Source: an uncultured Candidatus Rokubacteria bacterium (lineage in GTDB: Bacteria; Methylomirabilota; Methylomirabilia; Rokubacteriales; DASRDR01). Taken from it: a stretch of DNA of 64,000 bases. The translations under genes and the position numbers were made by a program. The notes below the pieces were generated by a model that made no database searches, had not been told where the DNA came from, and worked only from the letters and a program-made list of their open reading frames with translations. Location: positions 1,568,001 to 1,632,000 of the forward strand of contig CAWGVS010000005.1 of the NCBI GenBank assembly GCA_963826115.1. Reading direction: 5' to 3'. Below, piece by piece: positions 37,690 to 47,090 of the stretch; the first letter of the stretch is position 1, and every line of letters begins with the position of its first letter.

Positions 37690-37994
37690 CTCCAAAGACC
37701 CCGTGGGAGCGATGTTGTGAAACGGGGTTCGACCATCCGGAATCGCACCGTCTGAACGGATGTCACTTTATCTCTTTAAATCAATAGCTTGTGTCCCACG
37801 ACCTCCGAATCCACATCGGCTCCCGGACCTTCTACCCCACCCCGTCCGCAGCCTGGATCCGCCCCCGGCCACGGACCCTCGGTGCGTCACCGACCCGCTC
37901 GCGGTCCCAGAGCCTGGCGGAACAGACGGGGCCTCTCCGTAACCCACCCAGGTACGGCGCCGGCCCTCCTCCTGCACGCGGGGGATCGGCGCGC

Positions 37995-38342
37995 TCACGT
38001 CGTCTCGTCCGGCGCCGAGCGCATCGCGTGCTCGTAGCCCCGGCGGAGCCAGCGGAACGCGCGCGACACGGCCTCCGGGTCCACGACGTCGAGCTCGATC
38101 CAGCCGCGCCCCGCGAACCGACGGTGGGGCCGCGCATCGGGCGTCGCGAGCGCGCGCGCCTGATCCCCTCGCGACAGCCGTACCCAGAGATCGTGGTCCC
38201 GGGGCCGGATGGGGTAGCACGCGAACAGCTGCTCGCCGACGAAGTAGCCGAAGCGCCCGAACATCGGCGTGATCCGGACGCCGAACCAGCCGCCGACCAC
38301 CCGGTTCAGGTCTGCCGCCACGCCCTCCCCGCCCCGGCTCAT
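37995..38342 (-). CDS. TfoX-N/YjbR-like small protein
   Basis: PMFGRFGYFVGEQLFA, GRGWIEL, WLRRGY. Confidence 0.65.
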   Translation of the reverse strand: MSRGGEGVAADLNRVVGGWFGVRITPMFGRFGYFVGEQLFACYPIRPRDHDLWVRLSRGDQARALATPDARPHRRFAGRGWIELDVVDPEAVSRAFRWLRRGYEHAMRSAPDETT

Positions 38343-38416
38343 CGTCCGGCGGTCCCGCCGCGCGCGGCCCGTGCCGCGGGGACCGGGCGGCGGGCCGGGA
38401 GCCCGGCGGCGCACGG

Positions 38417-38857
38417 TCAGACCCGCCGCGGGGGGACGCGCCGGTAGAAGAGCAGCTCGCGCGTCCCCTGGGGCAGGTTGTCGACGTGCCCGCTCGGCGT
38501 GAAGCCAAGGGCCCCGTGAAGGCGGATGGCGGGACCGTTCGTCTCCTCCACGGAGGAGAAGACCCGCGGCGTGGGCGAGATCGCCTCCACGGAGCGCATC
38601 AGCTCGCGCGCGATGCCGCGGCGCCGGTACTTCTCCCGGACCACGATCAGCGACACGAACGTGCACTGGAACCAGTCCGTGCGGTAGGCGCAGAGCCCGA
38701 CCACGTCGTCGTCCGCCTCGGCGACGATCAGGTGGTGCTGCTCGAGGTGCGCCTTGACGAACGGCCCCGCGCGGTCCGGGCCAACGACGAGGGCCGCCAG
38801 CTCGGCGCAGGGGCGCGCGTCGCCGGGCCGCGGCGGGCGGATCTCGATCAGCGCCAC
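38417..38857 (-). CDS. GNAT N-acetyltransferase
   Basis: V..YRRRGIAREL acetyl-CoA motif, N..AIRLH.ALGF. Confidence 0.88.
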   Translation of the reverse strand: MALIEIRPPRPGDARPCAELAALVVGPDRAGPFVKAHLEQHHLIVAEADDDVVGLCAYRTDWFQCTFVSLIVVREKYRRRGIARELMRSVEAISPTPRVFSSVEETNGPAIRLHGALGFTPSGHVDNLPQGTRELLFYRRVPPRRV

Positions 38858-39831
38858 GCCAGGTCAGCGCCGGCCGGATCGGGCAAGTGCGCGCCCCCGG
38901 CCCATGCGTCGTCGAGGATCGCCCGGAAGCTGGTCTCGACGCGAAGGACGGTCGGCCACGACTCGCCGACCTCGGGCGCAGCCACGCGGACGTGAGGCCC
39001 GACGGGCGCCCACACCGCGGGATCGGTCGGTCCGAAGACGGCCACGGTCGGGCAGCCCGTCGCGGCCGCGAGGTGGGTCGGGCCGGAATCGTTCCCGACC
39101 GCCGCCCGGGCGAGGCTCAACAGCGCGGCGATCCGCGGAAGCGGCCAGTCGCGTGCGACGCGCGCCTCGTCGAGTGCGCCATCTGCGAGGAGCGCGTCCA
39201 CGACGAGGCGATCGGCGGGACCGGCCAGCGCGACCACGGGATGGCCCGCGGCGCGAACTCGCCGCGCGAGCTCCGCGAAGCCCGGCCACGTCTTCGCCGC
39301 GCTCCCGGCGCCCGGCTGGAGAACCACGGCGTGGCCCGGCCCGATCCCCCGAGCCTCGAGCCAGGACGCGGCCACGTTCCGCTCCGCCTCGCGCGTGCGA
39401 ACGCGCCAGTCGGGGAGATCGGCCGCGACCAGGCCCAGCGGGGCCAGGGTGTCCACGAGGTGCCGGCTCACGTGTGCGCCGGTTCCGGGCGCCGGCGTCG
39501 CCCGCGCGACGACGGCGGGGCAGCCGAGCCCGGCCAGGCTCTTCCGGAACGCGGCGTCCCCCGCTCCCATCCACGACACGACCGCGTCGAAGCCCGCCAG
39601 GCCGCGGAGGGCGTCCGGATCGGTCGGCTCGACGAACAAGCGATGGAGCGCGAGGCTCTCGAGATCGACGGCCGCGTCCACCAAGCCTGACCCCTCGAGG
39701 AGCGGCACGAGTCGCGACGCGACGGCCACCGTCGAGCGGTAGCCGAGCGTCCGGAGGTGCACGAGCGCGGGGCCCGCAAGGAGCACGTCCCCGAGCGCGC
39801 CCGGATGGACGACGAGGCAGCGTCGGCTCAC
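38848..39831 (-). CDS. Glycosyltransferase family 9 (heptosyltransferase-like)
   Basis: HPGALGDVLL, QPGAGSAAKTWP, GNDSGPTHLAAATG, FGPTDPAVWAP. Confidence 0.88.
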   Translation of the reverse strand: MSRRCLVVHPGALGDVLLAGPALVHLRTLGYRSTVAVASRLVPLLEGSGLVDAAVDLESLALHRLFVEPTDPDALRGLAGFDAVVSWMGAGDAAFRKSLAGLGCPAVVARATPAPGTGAHVSRHLVDTLAPLGLVAADLPDWRVRTREAERNVAASWLEARGIGPGHAVVLQPGAGSAAKTWPGFAELARRVRAAGHPVVALAGPADRLVVDALLADGALDEARVARDWPLPRIAALLSLARAAVGNDSGPTHLAAATGCPTVAVFGPTDPAVWAPVGPHVRVAAPEVGESWPTVLRVETSFRAILDDAWAGGAHLPDPAGADLAWR

Positions 39832-40535
39832 GCGGACACCCGGCTCCGGGGCTCGGTTCCCCTGGCACGCGCGCGCCAGCGTGGCGCGACGTAGCGGGAC
39901 ACCAGCGAGAGACCGGCCTCGCCCGCCCACCAGCCGAAAAGCCCGCCGGCCAGGACGTCCGAGAGGAAGTGCGCGTTCAGGAGGATCCGCGAGGCTCCGA
40001 CCCCGGACGCGACGGCGAAGAGCCAGCCGCGGCGCCGCGGCGGAATCCACCCGGCGAGCGCGGCGACGGCGGCGAACGCGGTCGCGGCGTGCCCGGAGGG
40101 AAAACCGTGGTACCCCGGCTCGCCGAAGCACGGCCAGTGAAAGAACCCACGCCGGGTCGGCGCGTCGGGCGGCGTGGACGCGCCCACGCCCCATCCGTCG
40201 ACGAGCCGCGGCCTCGCGCGGCAGGCGACGTGCTTGACGACCTGCGTCGTCAGGCCCGCCAGGAGGACGCCTGCGACCCCCCCCACCGCCGCCTGCCACA
40301 TCGGCGGGTCCAGCGCCCGGTACCCGACGACGGCGAGGCCGAGGAGCCCGACGGTCGCGACCTCGGTCGTGCCGAGGAGGGTGAAGCCGTTCGCCAGCAG
40401 ACGGGTCTCGTGCGAGACGAAGTGGCGGAACACGAAGTCGTGGAGCGTCTCGTCGGCCGGGGTCGCGGCCGAGAGGACCGCGAGCGCGACGACCGCGGCC
40501 TGGATCAGGCGAGCGCGCCGGGGCTTCTCGCTCAC
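39828..40535 (-). CDS. PAP2 membrane phosphatase (LpxE/LpxF-like)
   Basis: KHVACRARP, FPSGH, SRILLNAHFLSDV. Confidence 0.88.
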   Translation of the reverse strand: MSEKPRRARLIQAAVVALAVLSAATPADETLHDFVFRHFVSHETRLLANGFTLLGTTEVATVGLLGLAVVGYRALDPPMWQAAVGGVAGVLLAGLTTQVVKHVACRARPRLVDGWGVGASTPPDAPTRRGFFHWPCFGEPGYHGFPSGHAATAFAAVAALAGWIPPRRRGWLFAVASGVGASRILLNAHFLSDVLAGGLFGWWAGEAGLSLVSRYVAPRWRARARGTEPRSRVSA

Positions 40536-40591
40536 GGCCGCTAGTATCCGCCCCGCCGGCGGCGCGGCGCAAGCGAGCGGGGATCGAGTGC

Positions 40592-40882
40592 CTAGCCGGA
40601 ACCGGTCCTGGTGAAGGTGCGGCGCACGCGCTCGTAGCCGCCCCAGACGTAGAGGACCGCGATGAGGACCCCGGCCGTGCTCGAGGCGTCGCCGAGGTCC
40701 CGCAGGAAGCTGTCCCAGACCTGCCCTCCGTCGGCGCCGGTGGGGCCGGCGGCCAGCCGGGCGACCGCGTCGACCGGACGGCTCCAGGCGCTCCAGAGCA
40801 AGAGGGTCAATCCCCGGTCGCGCCACCGGAGGAAGCGGGACCGCTGCTCCGGCGCATCGATGATGAAATCGCGCCCGGTCAC
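40592..40882 (-). CDS. pgaD: PgaD-like PNAG synthesis accessory membrane protein
   Basis: IIDAP...RWRDRGLTLLLW...W..Y..VR two-TM pattern, coupled (GTGA) to a PgaC-like C-terminus. Confidence 0.6.
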   Translation of the reverse strand: MTGRDFIIDAPEQRSRFLRWRDRGLTLLLWSAWSRPVDAVARLAAGPTGADGGQVWDSFLRDLGDASSTAGVLIAVLYVWGGYERVRRTFTRTGSG

Positions 40883-41094
40883 GGCGCCCTCCGGAGCCCG
40901 CGATCGGGGCTCACCCACACGGCCTGACGCCCGCGCGTCCGGAGGAGCGCTCGAGGCAAGCCGACGGCCACGGTGAGGGCCGTGATGATCCAGAAGGCGA
41001 ACGGATAGCCGACGACCGAGGGAAGGTAGCGGCCGACCCCCGGCTCGTAGCGGTGGTCGAGCGCCATGCCGACCGCCACCTGGAACAGGAACAT
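40879..41094 (-). pseudogene. pgaC: C-terminal remnant of poly-beta-1,6-GlcNAc synthase
   Basis: LFQVAVGMALDHRYE...YPFAFW...WVSPDRG matches the PgaC C-terminus; the GT2 catalytic domain is absent. Confidence 0.7.
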
Positions 41095-41127
41095 CGCACC
41101 CGGCGCGGGATCCCCGAGCGAGGAGGC

Positions 41128-43002
41128 CTAGGAGGGCGGTGGGGCTTCCCCGACGCTTGCCGTTCGCCGCGCGAGGATCTCCGCAACCGCTCGGGGACGC
41201 GGATCCCCCTCGATCTCCTCCACTGGCTTGGGCAGCGCCAGAGACCAGTTCGCGCGACGCTCGCCGGTCGTGCCCGGCAGGTTGGGTCGCTCGGCGACGC
41301 CGAGGGCGTCCTCGAGCGTCGCCACGATCAGCGTCGAGGGCGCCTCAGCGAGGCGCCGGTGGATCGCGAGGGCCACGGCATCGGCCGAGGCATCGCCCGG
41401 CACGCCGGCCAGCTCGCGAAGGCGCCCCCGCAGCGTCTTCGTTCCGGCCAGGTTCGGCGCGACGCCGACCGCCTGCTGCTCCCGGAGGTCGCTGCCCGTC
41501 CAGAGGCCGCGCACGGTCGGGAGGTCGTGCGTCGTCACCGCCGCGAGCGAGAGCGGCGGGTAGCCCGAAGGCGGCCCGGGCTCGAACCACACCACCCGTG
41601 TCGACAGGATCCGCTCGGCCGCGAGCCGCTCACGCACCCCCGGGGCGACGGTGCCGAGATCCTCGCCGATGATGACCGCACCCGCCCGCTCGCTCTCGAG
41701 CGCGATGATGGCCAGGAGGTCGTCACTCGGGTAGCTGACGTACGCGCCACTCCGGGCGGTCGCCCCGACGGGGACCCAGAACAGCCGGAACAGGCCCATG
41801 ACGTGGTCGACGCGCATCCCGCCGGCGTGACGGAGTCCCGCCCGCACGGTCTCGACGAAGGGCGCGTAGTCGGCGGCGCGGAGCCGGTGCGGCACGAACG
41901 GCGGGAGGCCCCAATCCTGGCCCTCGGGAGCGAAGTCGTCGGGTGGCGCCCCCACGGTGACGCCACGCGCCAGAACGTCCTGCCAGGCCCAGGCGTCCGC
42001 CCCCTCGCCGTCGAAACCGATGGCCAGATCCGTCACCAGCCGAAGCGCTTGCCCGGCTCGAGCCAGCTGCTCGTCGAGAAGCCACTGGACCCAGGCGTGA
42101 AATCCGACCCGCTCGGCTCGCTCCGTGGCGAAGCGCTCAACTGCGGGCGACGCGGGATGGCGGTGCTCGGCCGGCCAGCGTCGCCAGCCCGATCCATGCC
42201 GCTCGGCGAGGACGCAGAAGGTCGCGAACGTCTCGAGACCGGCTCCCTCGCGGGCCCGGTAGCCCGCGAATCCAGGCGCCGTCGCGCCGCCGCGCGCCCA
42301 CACCGCCTCGAGCGCGGCCAACTTGAGGCGAAACACGGCGTCGCGATCGATCCGGCGCTCCCGGTTGAGGGCGCGCCCCTCCGCGGCGAGCCGCGTCACG
42401 TCGAGCCCGGCCTCCGCCGCGCCTGGCACCTCCTCGACCCGGAGGTACAGCGGGTTCCGGTAGCGGCGACTCGAGGGAAAGTAGGGGCTCGCCTCCTGTG
42501 GGACGAGCGGGAGCACCGCGTGGAGCGGGTTCAGGACCGCGGCGCCGGCGCCGAGCGCGCTCGCCGACCACTCCGCGAGCCGGCGGAGGTCCGCGAGGTC
42601 GCCGATCCCCCAGCTCTCCCGGGAGCGGAGCGCGTAGAGCTGGATCGCCCAGCCCCAGGCCCGCAGTCCCTCGGGCAGATGGCAGCGCGCCGGCGCGACG
42701 ATCAGGCGCGCGGCGGGCCGGCCGTCGAGCGGCCGGAGCTCGTGATAGCCGAGGGGCAGATCGGCCGGGAGGCGCCCCTCGACGCGGAGGATGGCCCCAT
42801 CCTCGAGCGTGAGCTCGGCGCCGCCCCGGACCGCCGGGAGCGGCTGGCCGCGGCGGTGGACCAGCGGCCCCGCCATCCGGCGAGCCTCCTCGGCCCCGCC
42901 CATCGCCGCCAGGATCCGCGCCCGCGCCTCGGGCGTCGTCGCCCGCCAGGCGCCGCGCGTGTCGATGTAGCCGTCCTCGATGCCCCAGGCGTCGGCGCTC
43001 AG
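41128..43002 (-). CDS. malQ: 4-alpha-glucanotransferase (amylomaltase, GH77)
   Basis: WGWAIQLYALRS..SWGIGD, SPYFPSSR, DLAIG, GQDWG, RVDHVMG, GEDLG, TTHD, RPNLPGT; conserved N-terminus needs CTG start at 43002. Confidence 0.92.
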   Translation of the reverse strand: MSADAWGIEDGYIDTRGAWRATTPEARARILAAMGGAEEARRMAGPLVHRRGQPLPAVRGGAELTLEDGAILRVEGRLPADLPLGYHELRPLDGRPAARLIVAPARCHLPEGLRAWGWAIQLYALRSRESWGIGDLADLRRLAEWSASALGAGAAVLNPLHAVLPLVPQEASPYFPSSRRYRNPLYLRVEEVPGAAEAGLDVTRLAAEGRALNRERRIDRDAVFRLKLAALEAVWARGGATAPGFAGYRAREGAGLETFATFCVLAERHGSGWRRWPAEHRHPASPAVERFATERAERVGFHAWVQWLLDEQLARAGQALRLVTDLAIGFDGEGADAWAWQDVLARGVTVGAPPDDFAPEGQDWGLPPFVPHRLRAADYAPFVETVRAGLRHAGGMRVDHVMGLFRLFWVPVGATARSGAYVSYPSDDLLAIIALESERAGAVIIGEDLGTVAPGVRERLAAERILSTRVVWFEPGPPSGYPPLSLAAVTTHDLPTVRGLWTGSDLREQQAVGVAPNLAGTKTLRGRLRELAGVPGDASADAVALAIHRRLAEAPSTLIVATLEDALGVAERPNLPGTTGERRANWSLALPKPVEEIEGDPRPRAVAEILARRTASVGEAPPPS

Positions 43003-44810
43003 GAGGTCGCGGCCCCCTCGCCGGCGGGCAGGGTGAAGCTCACGGTCGTGCCGTGGCCCAGCGCGCTCTCGACGTGGAGCTCGCCCCCGTGGGCCTGCAC
43101 CAGATGCTTGACGATCGCGAGCCCGAGCCCCGTGCCCCCGACCTCGCGCGAGCGCGTCTTGTCGACCCGGTAGAAGCGCTCCGTGATCCGCGGGAGCTCG
43201 GTCGACGGGATGCCGATGCCGGTGTCCCGGACCCGGACCTCGACGCGGCCACCCGGCGCCGGAACGGCCTCGATGCGAACCTGCCCGCCCTCCGGGGTGA
43301 ACTTCACCGCGTTGTCCACGAGGTTCACCAGGATCTGGACGAGCCGGTCCCGGTCCGCGTGGACCGCGAGCCCCTCGGGCACGGCGTGGGCCAGGGTCTG
43401 GCGGCGCTGGACGGTCTGGCGCTCGAACATGGCGGCGACCCCGGCCACGACGTCGCCCAGGTCGAGGCGCCTCGGCACCAGGGTCACCCGCCCGCTCTCG
43501 ATGTTCGACAGCTCGAGGAGGTCGTCGATCAGCCGGTCGAGGCGCTCGGCATGGGTGCCGGCGACCTCGAGGAAGCGCCGCGCGTGGGTCGGGTCGTCGA
43601 GCGCGCCGTCGAGCAGCGTCTCGAGGTAGCCCTTGATGCACGTGAGGGGCGTGCGGAGCTCGTGCGAGACGTTCGCCACGAACTCGCTCCGCACGCGCTC
43701 GAGACGGCGGAGCTCGGTCACGTCGTGCAGCACGAGCAGGACGCCCGACGCGTCCGGCCCGAGCCCGAGGGGCGCCCCGCGCGCCGCCACGACGCGGTTG
43801 ACGGGAGGGCCGAGCTCGAGCTCGTGCCGCGCCGGCGTTCCCGACGCCCTCACCTCCTCCACCAGGTCGAGCAGCTCCTTCTGCCGGATGACCTCGAGGA
43901 ACGGGCGGCCCTCGGGCACGCCGTTCTCGACGGCAAACATCGCGCGCGCCGAGGGATTGAGGAGCAGGAGACGGCCCCGGTCGTCGAGCGCGACCACCCC
44001 CTCGGTCATGCCGTCCAGGATGGTGCGCACCTTCATCTGCTCGTCGCCGAGACGCTCGATCTTCTCCCGGAGCGCCACCGCGGTGCGGTTCAGGGCGACG
44101 CCCAGGGCGGCGATCTCGTCGGTCCCCGAGACGGGCACCCGCTGCCCGAGATCGCCCTCGGCCATCCGACGCGCCGCGTCCTCCATCCCGCGGAGCGGCC
44201 GCGTCACCCGCCGGCTCACGAAGAGCCCGATCACCACGGCGACGCAGAGGGCGAGGGTCGCGCCGCCGAGCACGGTCCGGCGGACCAGCGCTCGGGCCTC
44301 GTCGACGTCTGGGGTGTGGAGCGCGAGGCGCACGACCGCGCGCGGCCGCCCCGGACGGTCCAGGGGCACCGCGACGTAGAGGAGGTCGCGACCCAGGGTC
44401 GCGCTCCGGCGAACGTCGCTGCCGACGCGGCCGGCCAGCGCCTGGACGACCTCGGGGCGGCTCGCGTGGCTCTCCATCTCGCGCACGGACTCGCGATCGG
44501 ACTCGGCGAGGACCGCGCCGTCGGCCGCGATCACCGTCACCCGCGCCCCGAGAATCCGGGCGTAGCGGTGGGCGCGATCCTGAAAGAAGGCGTCGCCGGG
44601 CCGGCCGTCGAGCAGGGGCTCGAACCCGTCCCTCAGGAGATTCGCCTGGGTGGCGAGGGTGCCCTGGAGGCGCCCGACGGCCTGCACCTCGAGGGCGCGG
44701 CTCACGTAGACGCCCATGACCAGGACGCCGAGCCCGGCGACCACGCCCAGGAGAGCGGTCAGCCGCGCGGCGAGACCGAGACCGCGTCGCTCCGCCCGGG
44801 CCATCGTCAC
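42999..44810 (-). CDS. phoR: Sensor histidine kinase, PhoR-type (TM-HAMP-PAS-HisKA-HATPase)
   Basis: FVANVSHELRTPLT, NLVDNAVKF, DTGIGI, ERFYRVDKTRSREVGGTGLGLAIVKH. Confidence 0.88.
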   Translation of the reverse strand: MTMARAERRGLGLAARLTALLGVVAGLGVLVMGVYVSRALEVQAVGRLQGTLATQANLLRDGFEPLLDGRPGDAFFQDRAHRYARILGARVTVIAADGAVLAESDRESVREMESHASRPEVVQALAGRVGSDVRRSATLGRDLLYVAVPLDRPGRPRAVVRLALHTPDVDEARALVRRTVLGGATLALCVAVVIGLFVSRRVTRPLRGMEDAARRMAEGDLGQRVPVSGTDEIAALGVALNRTAVALREKIERLGDEQMKVRTILDGMTEGVVALDDRGRLLLLNPSARAMFAVENGVPEGRPFLEVIRQKELLDLVEEVRASGTPARHELELGPPVNRVVAARGAPLGLGPDASGVLLVLHDVTELRRLERVRSEFVANVSHELRTPLTCIKGYLETLLDGALDDPTHARRFLEVAGTHAERLDRLIDDLLELSNIESGRVTLVPRRLDLGDVVAGVAAMFERQTVQRRQTLAHAVPEGLAVHADRDRLVQILVNLVDNAVKFTPEGGQVRIEAVPAPGGRVEVRVRDTGIGIPSTELPRITERFYRVDKTRSREVGGTGLGLAIVKHLVQAHGGELHVESALGHGTTVSFTLPAGEGAATS

Positions 44811-45499
44811 GGCTCTCCGTGGAAGCTGTAGCCCACCGCCTTGATCGTCACGATGCGACGCGCCTCCTGGCCGAGCTTGGCGCGGAGGCGCCGGACGTGC
44901 ACGTCGACGGTGCGCGACTCGATCTCCTCGGCGTTCGCGTAGCCCCACACCGTCTCCAGGAGCTGGTCGCGGCTCAGCACCCGCCCGTCGGCGCGCATGA
45001 GCGCCGCGAGCAGTCCGAACTCCTTCGCGGTGAGCTCGACGGGCTTGCCGCCGACCGTCACCGCGTGCCGGGCCTCGTCGATGTGGAGCGCCCCCGCCGA
45101 GCGGCCCGCCGGTGGCCCGTCGGGTCCCGCGCTCCGCCGGAGGATCGCCCGGATCCGCGCGAGCAGCTCCCGCGGGCTGAACGGCTTGACGACGTAGTCG
45201 TCCGCGCCCAGCTCGAGCCCGACGACGCGGTCCACCTCCTCGCCCTTGGCCGTGAGCATGATGATCGGGAGGCGACGCGTGGCGGCGTCGCGACGGAGCT
45301 GCCGGCAGACCTCGAGCCCGTCGAGCCCGGGCAGCATGAGGTCGAGGAGGGCGACGTCGGGGAGCTCGGCGCGGGCCAGGCGTAGCGCGGTCGCGCCGTC
45401 GGAGGCGTGGACGAGCCGCATCCCGGCCTTCTCGACGTGGTAGCGGACGAGATCGGCGATGTCCCGCTCGTCCTCCACCAGCAGCACGGTCACCGGCAC
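44807..45499 (-). CDS. phoB: OmpR/PhoB-family response regulator
   Basis: VEDE, LDLMLP, LPIIMLTAKGEE, GADDYVVKPF, SRTVDVHVRRLR. Confidence 0.85.
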   Translation of the reverse strand: MPVTVLLVEDERDIADLVRYHVEKAGMRLVHASDGATALRLARAELPDVALLDLMLPGLDGLEVCRQLRRDAATRRLPIIMLTAKGEEVDRVVGLELGADDYVVKPFSPRELLARIRAILRRSAGPDGPPAGRSAGALHIDEARHAVTVGGKPVELTAKEFGLLAALMRADGRVLSRDQLLETVWGYANAEEIESRTVDVHVRRLRAKLGQEARRIVTIKAVGYSFHGEP

Positions 45500-45578
45500 G
45501 CGCGTCCTCCCGCGGCTGAATTGTAGCCTGGGAGGCCCGGCCGAGGCCGGGCGAACGGCCGGGGGGTCCGGCGCGCGA

Positions 45579-46166
45579 TCAGACCGCGGCCGGGCGCGCC
45601 TCCGCCATCCGGCAGAAGTACCGGTGGACGGCGAGCTCCCCCGTGAGCTCGGGATGGAAGCTCGCGACCAGCACGCCGCCCTCGCGGGCGAGGACCGGGT
45701 CGCCGCCGTGCCTCGCCAGCACCTCGACCCCGGGGCCGACGCGCCGGATCCGGGGCGCCCGGATGAAGACCATCCGCAGCGGCTCGGCGGCGGCCCCGAG
45801 CGCCGCCGGCGCCTCGGTCTCGAACGACTCCCGCTGTCGCCCGTAGCTGTTGCGCTCCACCGTCACGTCGATCAGGCCGAGGGACGGCTGCCGCGGGGAC
45901 TCGACCTCGCGGGCCAGCACGATGAGGCCGGCGCAGGTGCCGAAGAGCGGGCGGCCGCTCGCGTGGAATCGGCGGAGCGCCGGCTGGAAGTCCCGGGCGT
46001 CCATCAGGTGGAGGAGCGTCGTGCTCTCGCCCCCCGGCAGGATCAGGCCCTCAACGTCGTCGAGCTCCGCAGGCTTCCGCACCTCCGCGGACTCGACGCC
46101 CGCGCGGCGGAGCGCCGCCGCGTGGAGCGCGAAGTCGCCCTGGAGCGCGAGGACGCCGATCCGCAC
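45579..46166 (-). CDS. pdxT: PLP synthase glutaminase subunit
   Basis: GVLALQG, PGGEST, GTCAG, FIRAP, FHPEL. Confidence 0.96.
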   Translation of the reverse strand: MRIGVLALQGDFALHAAALRRAGVESAEVRKPAELDDVEGLILPGGESTTLLHLMDARDFQPALRRFHASGRPLFGTCAGLIVLAREVESPRQPSLGLIDVTVERNSYGRQRESFETEAPAALGAAAEPLRMVFIRAPRIRRVGPGVEVLARHGGDPVLAREGGVLVASFHPELTGELAVHRYFCRMAEARPAAV

Positions 46167-46170
46167 CGCC

Positions 46171-47067
46171 TCACCAGCCCCGGGTCTGGAGGAGCTCCCC
46201 GGCGGCGAGCTTGGAGGTCTCGAGCCCCACCATCGCGTCGCCCAGGTCCTCGCTCACCTTCGCGAGCACGTCCGGGTCCTTGTAGTGGGTCGTCGCCTGC
46301 ACGATGGCGCGCGCCCGGCGCTCGGGGTCGCTCGACTTGAAGACACCCGAGCCCACGAAGACCGCCTCGGCGCCGAGCTGCATCATGAGCGCGGCATCGG
46401 CCGGCGTGGCGATCCCACCGGCAGAGAAGTTCGGCACCGGCAGCCGCCGGTTCGCCGCCACCCAGCGGACGAGGTCGTACGGCGCCCCGAGGGTCTTGGC
46501 CTCGGCCATGAGCTCCTCGGCGCCGAGCACGCCCAGGCGGCGGATCCCCGTGACCAGCGCGCGCATGTGGCGGACCGCCTCGACGATGTTCCCCGAGCCG
46601 GCCTCGCCTTTCGTCCGGATCATCGCGGCGCCCTCGCCGATCCGCCGGAGCGCCTCCCCGAGGTCCCGGGCGCCGCACACGAACGGCACGCGGAACGCGA
46701 GCTTGTCGATGTGGAAGTGCTCGTCGGCGGGTGTGAGAACCTCCGACTCGTCGATGAAGTCGACGGCGAGGGCCTCCAGGATCTGCGCCTCGACGAAGTG
46801 CCCGATGCGGGCCTTGGCCATCACCGGGATGCTGACGGTCCGCTGGATCTCCCGGATCTTGCCGACCGCCGCCATGCGCGCGACGCCGCCGTCGCGGCGG
46901 ATGTCGGACGGGACGCGCTCGAGCGCCATCACCGACGTCGCGCCCGCCTGCTCGGCGATCCGCGCCTGCTCGGCGTTCGTGACGTCCATGATCACCCCGC
47001 CCTTCAGCATCTCGGCGAGTCCGATGTGCTTGGGATCCGCGATCCGGAGACCGTTCATGTCGCTCAT
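46171..47067 (-). CDS. pdxS: PLP synthase lyase subunit
   Basis: [45 protein letters not shown]. Confidence 0.97.
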   Translation of the reverse strand: MSDMNGLRIADPKHIGLAEMLKGGVIMDVTNAEQARIAEQAGATSVMALERVPSDIRRDGGVARMAAVGKIREIQRTVSIPVMAKARIGHFVEAQILEALAVDFIDESEVLTPADEHFHIDKLAFRVPFVCGARDLGEALRRIGEGAAMIRTKGEAGSGNIVEAVRHMRALVTGIRRLGVLGAEELMAEAKTLGAPYDLVRWVAANRRLPVPNFSAGGIATPADAALMMQLGAEAVFVGSGVFKSSDPERRARAIVQATTHYKDPDVLAKVSEDLGDAMVGLETSKLAAGELLQTRGW

Positions 47068-47090
47068 CTCGTGCCTTTCCTTTCGTTCGT

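Noticed and set aside
37790-37994. Possible ykkC/guanidine or fluoride riboswitch upstream of the ECF-dehalogenase operon
   Set aside because: Only weak partial similarity; core consensus not met
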